Shown: positions 55,806 to 64,000 of the stretch, piece after piece
How the letters are laid out: every line of letters starts with the position of its first letter
How positions within the stretch are numbered: position 1 is the stretch's first letter
Source: Nitrospirota bacterium
GTDB lineage: Bacteria; Nitrospirota; UBA9217
Reading direction: 5' to 3'
Assembly (NCBI GenBank): GCA_963796285.1
Contig: CAWCKW010000012.1
Coordinates: forward strand, 544,001 to 608,000
DNA: 64,000 nt
Translations under genes and position numbers: made by a program
Notes under the pieces: model-generated
What the model was told of the DNA's origin: nothing
The model's database searches: none
Seen by the model: the letters and a program-made list of their open reading frames with translations, nothing else

Positions 55806-57568
55806 ATGGCGGTTGGGGATGTAAAAAAAAGGATCGGTGAGATGCTTGTTGCCGGAGGGCTGATCAAGGAAGAGCAGCTTATGCGGGCGCTTGAAGAACA
55901 GAAAAAGGGGGGGGGAAGGTAGGCGAAATTCTCGTGGACCTGGGATTCATCAACGAGCATATGATGGCAACATTCCTCGCCCGGCAGCTTCATCTCCCGT
56001 ACATAGAAATCGATAAACAGCTGGTAGACACCGACAGTGTAAGGATGATTCCAGCTGAAATGGCGAGACGCATCACGGCAATTCCGTTGTACAGAGACAA
56101 GGAAGCGCTGGTCGTGGCCATGGCGGATCCGCTGAATATCTTCGGCCTTGACGACATGCAGAAGGCAGCAGGCAAAGAGATCCGGAAGGTCGTTGCCACA
56201 CGGAGCGACATCCAAAAAGCTATTTCCAGCTATTATGGCATGGGGCATACCATCGATGCGGCGACCATGGATTTTGCCGGCGAGACGGGCACCGCTTTAG
56301 CAGAAGCTGTGGAGATGACCGGCGTCACGTCAGAGGACGCGCCGGTGGTCAAGCTGGTGAGTATGCTGATTGCGCAGGCCATCATCGACCGTGCCAGCGA
56401 CATCCACATCGACCCGGAAGGGAAATCCATCAAGGTGCGTTACCGGATCGACGGTGTGCTGATCGAGGTAAGGACCCTGCCGCGGGAGTTGCATGCACCA
56501 ATCGTCTCCCGCATAAAGATCATGGCAAATATGGACATCTCGGAAAGGCGCGTACCGCAGGACGGACGTTTCCAGGCACGGATCACGCATACCGAAACCG
56601 GCCCGGTCGTGACCGCCGTGTTTCGCGAGCGGAGCGTCCTGCGTATTGTTGATGAAGGCTCGACGGTGGACATCCGTGTTTCGACCCTGCCGGTCATTCA
56701 GGGAGAAACGGTTGTAATGCGCATCCTCGACCGCTCACGTATTATCCTGACCCTCGAGGGACTGAATTTCTCCGCGGATATGCTCGATAGGTACCGCAGA
56801 CTCATCACAAAGCCTTATGGCATGATCCTGGTCACGGGACCGACGGGAAGCGGGAAAACCACGACGCTCTATGCAAGTCTCAACACCATCGACCGGAAGG
56901 CGAACAATCTGGTTACGATCGAGGACCCTGTCGAGTATCAGATCATGGGGGTGAACCAGGTCCAGGTCAATGCCAAGGCGGGTGTGACTTTCGCCAGCGG
57001 CCTGCGTTCCATTCTGCGGCAGGACCCTGATATCATCATGGTGGGTGAGATCCGCGACCGGGAGACGGCCGAGATCGCCATCCATGCGGCGCTTACCGGG
57101 CATCTGGTCTTCGCGACGCTCCATACAAATGACGCGGCCGGCGCCGCTACCCGGCTCATTGATATGGGCATTGAACCGTTCCTTATTGCTTCTTCAACGC
57201 TCGCGATTCTCGGGCAGCGTCTTGCGCGGAAGATCTGCGACCGTTGTAAGAAACCCTATCCCGCGACCCCTGATCTGCTCAAGAGCCTCGGCATTGCGAC
57301 CGGCAATGTGACCTTTTACCGGGGTGAAGGGTGTCCTGCGTGTAAGAAAACAGGGTACCAGGGCAGGGTCGGTCTCTATGAGTTGATGGATATGACTGAA
57401 GCGGTCAGGGAACTGATCATTTCCAAGGCATCAAGCTCTGCCATAAAGACCACGGCCTCGCAGTCAGGATTCAAGACCCTGCGCCAGGAAGGCCTGGTCA
57501 AAGCCGCAGCCGGATTGACCACGGTGGAAGAGGTGCTCAGGGTTACGCAAGAGGCGGAAGGGATCTAG
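55806..57568 (+). CDS. PilB/GspE-family ATPase with N-terminal MshEN domain (frameshift in a G9 run)
   Basis: RIGEMLVAGGLIKEEQLMRALEEQ, ASDIH, PQDGR, GPTGSGKTT, TIEDPVE, LRQDPD and a tetra-Cys motif. Confidence 0.92.
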
Positions 57569-57569
57569 C

Positions 57570-57680
57570 AATTGCGGATTTCGGATTGCGGAATGCGGAT
57601 TGTGGAGCGCGGAGCGCGGTAAAAAACAACCGGTTTTTATTGTTTTTAAATCCGCAATCCGAAATCTGCAATCCAAAATT
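57570..57680. repeat. Inverted heptamer arrays between convergent genes; probable bidirectional terminator
   Basis: (TGCGGAT-like)n on the left and (AATCCGC-like)n on the right. Confidence 0.8.
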
Positions 57681-59401
57681 TATCTGATATACGCTTCCGT
57701 CACATATCTTCGCATCATGCGGTGGCTGTTGAAGTAGTAGGCGTTCTTGCTCACGGCATTCTTCATCATCGTGCTCCACTTGCTCTTGTCGGAGTCGTAG
57801 TATTTTGGAATGATCAGATTTTCCAGCTTATGGTAGAGGTCTGCTGCATCCTCGGCATCCGACGTGCCGGGCTGTGATTTCTCGGTCGGCATCGCGCCGA
57901 TGGACCAGCCGGTGAACCCTTCGATGTGGCCTTCGATCCACCACCCGTCCAGCACGCTGAAATTCACCACACCGTTATGTGCCGCTTTCATGCCGCTGGT
58001 ACCCGAGGCCTCAAGCGGCCTGAGCGGTGTGTTCAGCCACACGTCCACACCCGAGACAAGCTTCAGCGCGATGTCCATGTCATAGCCAGGGAGGAAGGCG
58101 ATGGCGATCTTTCCCTTGAGCTTGTCCCGATATGCGTAGATGCCCTGGATCAGCCGCTTGCCGTTGTCATCCTGGGGATGCGCCTTCCCCGCGTAGATGA
58201 TCTGGAGCTTGCCCCTATCATTGATTTTCAATAAGCGATCGATATCGGAGAACAGGAGGTGTGGCCGTTTATACGCTGTGGCTCGTCGTGCAAAGCCGAG
58301 GGTAAGGGTGTTCGGGTCCATGACCACTCCTGTGGCCTCGCCGACGTAGGTGAGCAGTTTTTTCTTTGCTTCGCGGTGCGCGTCCCACATCTCCAACTCA
58401 GGGATGTTGCCTGAACGGACGAACAATTCCGGCTCATTGGCCCATCCGGGGATGTATTTATTGAAGAGGTTCGCCATCTCTTCGCAGGTCCAGGTGAAGG
58501 TGTGTACCCCGTTCGTAATGGCGTGAATATGATAACCAGGGAACATTTGCTGCGAGACCTCGCCGTGCTTCTTCGCCACCCCGTTGATGTACTTGCTCAG
58601 GTTGAGCGCAAGCATTGTCATGTTCAGGTTGTCCTTGCCGGCGAGGTCCCTGAGCACGTCGAACGGAATGATCTCGCCGAGCACCTGCTTGACGAGGGGA
58701 TAGGGGAACTTGTCGTGGCCCGCCTCCACGGGGGTGTGGGTGGTAAAGACGCAGAGGTCCCGCACCCTGCCAACGTCCCAGACGGACCGCTCGTCCCATA
58801 CGCTCTCGATGTCGCGTTTGAACCGGAGCAGCAGCTCGAGCGCCAGAAAACTGGCGTGCCCCTCGTTCATGTGGAATTTTTTTATGTGAAAATCAAGGGC
58901 CTGGAGCATGCGCACACCGCCCATGCCGAGCACGACCTCCTGCTTGATGCGGTAGGTGCTGTCCCCACCGTAGAGGTGATCGGTCAGGCGCCGGTCCTCC
59001 GTTGCGTTCTCAGGCAGGTCCGTGTCCAGGAAGAGAATAGGTACTTTGCCTCCGGTGGGGCTGATGACGAGATACATCCAGGATTGAATATAGACGTCCC
59101 TTCCCTCGATATGCACCTTGACCTTAGCGGGCAGAAGCGTCATATATTTTGCCGGGTCCCATACAACGGGTTTTTCCTTCTGCCAACCGTTCGCGTCGAT
59201 GTCCTGATTGAAGTAGCCCTTGTGCGTGATCAGCGTCACGGCTACGAGAGGCAAATCGAGGTCTGCGGCGGATTTGATGGTGTCGCCGGCCAGGATCCCG
59301 AGGCCGCCGCTGTAGGTTGGGATATCATTCTTCACGCCGATCTCCATGGAAAAATAGGCGATCATGGGTTCGGCAATAAAATCGTTCAGTCCGTTGTTCA
59401 T
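57680..59401 (-). CDS. glgP: Alpha-glucan phosphorylase
   Basis: Motifs YSGGLGILAGD, HMNEGH, FTTHTP, ITNGVH, FARRATAYKR and EASGTSGMK. Confidence 0.95.
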   Translation of the reverse strand: MNNGLNDFIAEPMIAYFSMEIGVKNDIPTYSGGLGILAGDTIKSAADLDLPLVAVTLITHKGYFNQDIDANGWQKEKPVVWDPAKYMTLLPAKVKVHIEGRDVYIQSWMYLVISPTGGKVPILFLDTDLPENATEDRRLTDHLYGGDSTYRIKQEVVLGMGGVRMLQALDFHIKKFHMNEGHASFLALELLLRFKRDIESVWDERSVWDVGRVRDLCVFTTHTPVEAGHDKFPYPLVKQVLGEIIPFDVLRDLAGKDNLNMTMLALNLSKYINGVAKKHGEVSQQMFPGYHIHAITNGVHTFTWTCEEMANLFNKYIPGWANEPELFVRSGNIPELEMWDAHREAKKKLLTYVGEATGVVMDPNTLTLGFARRATAYKRPHLLFSDIDRLLKINDRGKLQIIYAGKAHPQDDNGKRLIQGIYAYRDKLKGKIAIAFLPGYDMDIALKLVSGVDVWLNTPLRPLEASGTSGMKAAHNGVVNFSVLDGWWIEGHIEGFTGWSIGAMPTEKSQPGTSDAEDAADLYHKLENLIIPKYYDSDKSKWSTMMKNAVSKNAYYFNSHRMMRRYVTEAYIR

Positions 59402-59606
59402 ACGTCTCCTTTAATAATAAAAATTCGAAACTATTCAGGCTGATCACACAATGCCAAGAATACGCCACAATGGCCGCGAAGAGGCACACTGAGCTTCGCG
59501 GAAAAAGCTGACAATATTTCTGGCTTTAAGCCAATAGACTTCATTGTTATCGATTAACAATGTATGCCTGTGCCTGCTTCAGCGGTGTTTGTCCGGGTTG
59601 TCGGGC

Positions 59607-60392
59607 TTAATCGAGCCGGATCCTGTTCGGCCAGGTGTAGATGTTCATCCGCTCTCCGCGGGCAAATCCCACGAGGGTTATCCCCATGTCCTCGGCATAA
59701 CTGATGGCCATGCACGAGGGTGCGGCCCTGCTGATCAGGATGGGAAATCGGTTCCTGCCAGCTTTTGTCACGATCTCCGATGTTACCCTGCCGCTGGTGA
59801 GCAGGATCTTGTTCTCCACCGGGACCGACTGGAGAAACGCCTTCCCGATAAGTTTGTCCACGGCATTGTGTCTGCCGATATCCTCGGAAAAGAACAGGAT
59901 GTCTTTCCCGTCCGAGAGCGCCGCACTGTGCACACCGCCGGTCTCAAGATAGAGGGATGAGATATTCCTGAAAGTTTTAAGCAGATTTTTGATGTCATCC
60001 AGGGCTACCATCACTCCGGTAACATCTATTCTTTGGTCCGCGTACATCCGGTAGCTGGTGAAGGTGATGCCTTTGCCGCAGCCCGAAGAGATGGTTCGTT
60101 TCTCGAACATCTTTTCCCAGCCCGTTGGAAGGTCCGATAGATCGATCCGTATGGCGGCGTCCTTCTCAATAACCTCCAGCTTCTTGATCGCTGATTTGTC
60201 CTGCAGCAGGCCTTCGGACAGAAGGAACCCCACCGCGAGTTCCTCGAGTTCGGACGGTGTGCAGAGAAGCGTCACGAGCTGCTCATTGTTCAGAATGAGC
60301 CTGATGGGGAGTTCAGACGCTACTTCATCGATAGTTCCTTCGACGGATGTGCCCGAAACCTTCAGTATGAGCGCCTCCCGCTTCGTTTCCAC
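59607..60392 (-). CDS. fdhD: Formate dehydrogenase accessory sulfurtransferase
   Basis: Motifs SSGCGKG, TGGVHSAA, EDIGRHNAVDK and SGR. GTG start at 60392, 6 nt after TTGCCC-17-TATAGT. Confidence 0.92.
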   Translation of the reverse strand: METKREALILKVSGTSVEGTIDEVASELPIRLILNNEQLVTLLCTPSELEELAVGFLLSEGLLQDKSAIKKLEVIEKDAAIRIDLSDLPTGWEKMFEKRTISSGCGKGITFTSYRMYADQRIDVTGVMVALDDIKNLLKTFRNISSLYLETGGVHSAALSDGKDILFFSEDIGRHNAVDKLIGKAFLQSVPVENKILLTSGRVTSEIVTKAGRNRFPILISRAAPSCMAISYAEDMGITLVGFARGERMNIYTWPNRIRLD

Positions 60393-60677
60393 GAAAGGAC
60401 TATAACATAAACAGGCCCATGGGGCAAGAGTTGAGAGTGAATGGGTTGAAGCGAATGAGTTCGTTGTCCGGCGATCGAAGGTGGGAGACAGATCCTCTGG
60501 ATTTGTCACGCTTACTGTCTCATGACCAATCATTTCGGGATGGTCCGGCTACCTTGCGACGGATGGTAAGACTTGCCCCTTAAGACTCCATGGGAATTGA
60601 GCAAAGGACATTTCAATTGACCTCACCTGCTCATGCGTGTATAGTATCCCGGAATATTTGCGCGAAAGAAAAACTGC

Positions 60678-61652
60678 ATGAAAAACATTCTGTCTTTGCC
60701 GGTACTCCTCATTCTCTTCACAACGACTTCATTCGCCGGTCCTTTCGAGGGGCCTCTCATCATCAAAAACGGGCATCCTCTCTATGTTGCTATTGGAAGC
60801 CCGTCTCTGATGTCGGCCGAATCTGAAAACAATCTTGATATCAACTTCTCTTATTCAAGTACCTATCGCGTAAAGAGATCGAATGACTGGTATTTCGGTA
60901 TTGATCTTGAAACAGCTATTACGGATATTCAACTTAAACGGTTGGTGGGAAAAGAGACTGAGATCGGGCTCGATATCCCGATTATCAGGTACGGTCCTGG
61001 TTTCATGGACGGCGCCATTGGTACCTACCACGATTCAATAGGGCTACGCAACGGTTATAATAGAAACGACCGGCCACGAGATCAATTCCTTCTTCAAATA
61101 ACACATAACGGTGAAATAGTGATCCAAGGTGAGCCAGGGAAAACGGCCTTGGGCGATATCATGGTCGAGGTTAAACAAGCACTATACGATAATCGCGCAT
61201 CAACCATCATCAGCCTGCAAGCGTTTCTGAATGTTCCGACAGGTGATGCTGATTCGGCATTTGGCAGCGGGAAAGCAAACGGGGGAATGGCCGTGCTCAT
61301 CAACGAGAAGTTGAGGAGCGACGTTATGCTGTATTTAAATGCCGGTATCGGTCTCATTGATAAGCTGGAGGCAATACAAGAAGTCAAGCTGAGGAACTAT
61401 TATTACGGCGGAGTGGGTTTGGAATGGCTGTATTCAAAATCGATATCTCTCAATGCGCAGATATTTATCCAGAGTTCTCCCTTTCCCAAAAGCGGAGTAT
61501 ATTTTATTGACTATCCCTCAATGTTAGGCAGCTTCGGCGGTAGATACAAGGTCGATGCTCTGTCATCAATTGGTATCGCCGTGACTGAGGACCCGGATAC
61601 CGCCGGTGCTCCGGACATCATGATAGGCGCTGATTATCGTTATCAATTTTGA
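60678..61652 (+). CDS. Outer-membrane beta-barrel (DUF3187-like)
   Basis: Signal peptide, GPGFMDGAI..YH, PTGD..GSG and a C-terminal YQF. Confidence 0.7.
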   Translation: MKNILSLPVLLILFTTTSFAGPFEGPLIIKNGHPLYVAIGSPSLMSAESENNLDINFSYSSTYRVKRSNDWYFGIDLETAITDIQLKRLVGKETEIGLDIPIIRYGPGFMDGAIGTYHDSIGLRNGYNRNDRPRDQFLLQITHNGEIVIQGEPGKTALGDIMVEVKQALYDNRASTIISLQAFLNVPTGDADSAFGSGKANGGMAVLINEKLRSDVMLYLNAGIGLIDKLEAIQEVKLRNYYYGGVGLEWLYSKSISLNAQIFIQSSPFPKSGVYFIDYPSMLGSFGGRYKVDALSSIGIAVTEDPDTAGAPDIMIGADYRYQF

Positions 61653-61668
61653 AGACCGGCTCCAACTC

Positions 61669-62057
61669 ATGAAAATGGGAAGGGCTTTCTCGAAAACATC
61701 ATCGCCCTCTACATACAGGATGCTACGGTCTACCGGTTTATCCCCGACATGCTGGGAGACGAGAATATGCGCGTGCGGCTCGGGGCCGCGGCGCTCGTGG
61801 AGGAGTTGGTTGATGAACACTGGAATGGGCTTCAGATAACGGTCTCGGGGCTCATAATACTCCTGTGGCATGAGAGCCTGACTATGCGGGGAGATGCCGC
61901 CTCGGCGCACGGTATTATCAAAGACCCGTCGGTTGTTGACGTGCTGCAAGCGTGCCTGCGTGATACACTCCGGGCGTTTGTGAGGCCGTTAGAGATGCAT
62001 TGTCGGAATGAAGCATCTCAGGGGACGGCCTGCGGCCAATGCAAACCAAAGCATTGA
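61669..62057 (+). pseudogene. Degenerate HEAT-repeat protein fragment
   Basis: Broken frames carrying MLGDENMRVRLGAAALVEEL and MRGDAA. Confidence 0.45.
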
Positions 62058-62175
62058 ACTAATCGTCTACGCGGTTCCGAGCCAACTAAGCAGTCAAGGG
62101 GAAATAAAACTCTTGCAAGAATTTATCCATAAGCCTTGATGCTGCAGGGTCAGAAGACAGTACCTCGTTAGAAGC

Positions 62176-62205
62176 AAAAAACCCCCGGTACGATACCGGG
62201 GGTTT
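62176..62205 (-). terminator. Rho-independent terminator
   Basis: Hairpin AAACCCCCGGTA-CGA-TACCGGGGGTTT with an A-run on the left, which is a U-run on the minus strand. Confidence 0.85.
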
Positions 62206-62235
62206 CAGAAACGAGAGGAAACAGGATGCCGTGAT

Positions 62236-63030
62236 TTAGAAGCTGACTCCCACTTCGATGAAGGGGCCGCCGAACTTGATATCAGCATTCACATCGGATA
62301 CCTGATTAGATGCGATCTTAATTTGCTCCGCACGGTAACCGGCGCTGATGTAGAGAGGCCCGATCGGCATGATTTTCAACATACCCATATAATCGTAGAA
62401 GTGACTGTCGCCGATGGCGATGCCTCGTACTTCGGCTTCAATGCTTAACATCGAGATCGGCTTCACCCGGACTCCCACGTAGATCATCGGGATCGCAAGC
62501 GTTTTGCTGATGGACGCGGTTTTCCTGATCCCGGCTGCATTGCCCGTTATTTCTCCATCAAAACTGATGATCTTTGCGTTCAGGCCCAGCTCAACGTTGA
62601 GCACGCCTGCTGTCGCGGTCTTCAACACAGGGATCGGATAAAATAATGCCACATCATAGTGGTCCAGCTTGATCTTGGATTCGAGCGACGTGTTGGCATC
62701 GAAATGTACGTCACCGTATGTGAAACTTTGGGTCTTTTTTCCTGTCCCGTCAAACGACATGGGAGTGTACATGGCATAGATATTCGGCAGGATCAACGGA
62801 AGTTCGGCCTTTATGCGGACAAAAGGCCGGTTTTTGCTGTCTAAGTTCAGGTCGTCTTTGAGGTCAAGCGTGTCACTCGCCGCAGTTCCCTTATATGCCA
62901 ATGTTCCTGACGGTGTCTGCCTCCAGTAACCCACACCGGCGTCCAGGCCGATGAATGCAAAGGCACGGTAAGGGACAACGAGCATCGCAAGGACGAACAA
63001 ACAGACTACATAGCTACGAATGCTTTTCAT
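62236..63030 (-). CDS. Outer-membrane beta-barrel (TIGR04219-like)
   Basis: Signal peptide, GVGYWRQTPSG, PLILPNI, IPMIY and a C-terminal GPFIEVGVSF. Confidence 0.8.
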   Translation of the reverse strand: MKSIRSYVVCLFVLAMLVVPYRAFAFIGLDAGVGYWRQTPSGTLAYKGTAASDTLDLKDDLNLDSKNRPFVRIKAELPLILPNIYAMYTPMSFDGTGKKTQSFTYGDVHFDANTSLESKIKLDHYDVALFYPIPVLKTATAGVLNVELGLNAKIISFDGEITGNAAGIRKTASISKTLAIPMIYVGVRVKPISMLSIEAEVRGIAIGDSHFYDYMGMLKIMPIGPLYISAGYRAEQIKIASNQVSDVNADIKFGGPFIEVGVSF

Positions 63031-63138
63031 TTTATCTTTCTCCTCTTGAAGTAGATTCTCTGGATCAGTTTAAACTTTTATAAACGTATCAAACAGCACC
63101 TGTTTTGTCAAGATTATTATAAAATCCTAATTTTACGC

Positions 63139-63184
63139 TTGACAGAACATGCAAAATGTATTACAAAATTAAAAATCGTAACAC
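63139..63184 (+). promoter_or_regulatory. nikR promoter with overlapping NikR operator
   Basis: TTGACA at 63139-63144. Palindrome GTATTAC-N13-GTAACAC at 63158-63184 resembles the deltaproteobacterial GTGTTA-N15-TAACAC consensus. Confidence 0.8.
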
Positions 63185-63193
63185 GGAGGTGCC

Positions 63194-63613
63194 ATGTCCG
63201 GATTGACGCGCTTCGGCGTTTCCATTGACAGCCAGCTTATCAAGAAATTCGACGCGCTTGTAGGACGCAAAGGCTATACCACACGGTCCGAGGCCATCCG
63301 CGATATGATCCGCGACAGCCTGGTGGAGCAGGAGTGGGAGACCGAAGACCGGGAAACCGTGGGCACGATCACCATCGTCTACAACCACCATACCCGCGAA
63401 CTCGAACATGCGCTCACGGACATGCAGCATAAGTCCTTTCATCAGATCGTTTCCACACTCCACGTCCATCTTGACGCTCACAACTGCCTGGAAGTCCTGG
63501 TCGTGAAGGGAATGAGCCGGGAGATCAGAAAGATCGCTGACCGGCTGATCGGCACGCGGGGAGTGAAACACGGGAAGCTGACGACCACGACGACGGGAAA
63601 AGAACTGGTATGA
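63194..63613 (+). CDS. nikR: Nickel-responsive transcriptional regulator
   Basis: RHH domain [17 protein letters not shown] and Ni ligands [17 protein letters not shown]. Confidence 0.97.
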   Translation: MSGLTRFGVSIDSQLIKKFDALVGRKGYTTRSEAIRDMIRDSLVEQEWETEDRETVGTITIVYNHHTRELEHALTDMQHKSFHQIVSTLHVHLDAHNCLEVLVVKGMSREIRKIADRLIGTRGVKHGKLTTTTTGKELV

Positions 63614-63685
63614 AGTACAGGGGTCAGGTGACCGGACCGGCAGAATGAATAAAATGGCTTAGAGAAAGCGATATGAGGAGAGAAC

Positions 63686-64000
63686 ATGTACAACACTATC
63701 AGGGCAGGTATTTTACTCATCTGTGTACTAATGCTGGCGCCGACAACAGCATGGGCCACGCATCCATTTGGGGTGGATGACACGAGCACGGAAGGCGCGG
63801 GGAATTTTCTTCTCGAACTGACGGGCGAATATGCGAAGGACAATTCGCTCAGGGCTACGACGGAGAATGCCATCATCACGGCGGGAGCCAGCGAGCATAT
63901 AGATTTTTCCCTCGAAACGCCCTATCTTCTGCTGAACCCGAGCCCGGTCACCGGTGAGTTCGCGAGCGGGAAGGGCGATGTCCGTATCCAGATGAAGCAG
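63686..64000 (+). CDS. Putative outer-membrane transporter (truncated at window end)
   Basis: GAGGAG RBS, signal peptide, then ATHPFGVDDTSTEGAGNFLLE. The frame stays open to the window end. Confidence 0.65.
   Translation, partial: MYNTIRAGILLICVLMLAPTTAWATHPFGVDDTSTEGAGNFLLELTGEYAKDNSLRATTENAIITAGASEHIDFSLETPYLLLNPSPVTGEFASGKGDVRIQMKQ

Overview
A 64-kb bacterial chromosomal window. Gene order and repeat style suggest an uncultured Nitrospirota- or Desulfobacterota-like anaerobe; this is inference only. Many single-base indels split otherwise intact essential genes (mutS, hisS, dnaB, rplI, pdxJ), which most likely reflects long-read assembly error. Layout: (1) 1-13.7 kb, minus strand: surface-polysaccharide cluster with wzx, GT2, GT4, an exostosin-like GT, five methyltransferases, a DegT aminotransferase, an epimerase, galE and a wHTH regulator. 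(2) 13.8-34.9 kb: housekeeping genes (patatin-GDPD-glpD, an atypical folD, pdxJ-acpS-nnr-CBS-tsaE, nadK, UDG, HIT, mutS, rplI-dnaB, amrB), with inverted 7-9-nt-period repeat arrays in most spacers. (3) 34.9-44.9 kb: sigma54-preceded type IV minor-pilin/PilY1 cluster ending in a decayed IS30 and a decayed third fimT copy. (4) 45-64 kb: maf, an atypical LuxR regulator, M48 peptidase, hisS, a PGM/PMM, eno, rfaE2, an HD-GYP regulator divergent from a MshEN-PilB ATPase, glgP, fdhD, outer-membrane barrels and nikR with its operator. The strongest novel candidates are an unannotated, highly structured ~230-nt RNA with its own promoter directly downstream of the LuxR gene, and a small secreted protein that is a free-standing copy of the domain inserted in the PilY1 vWA region.
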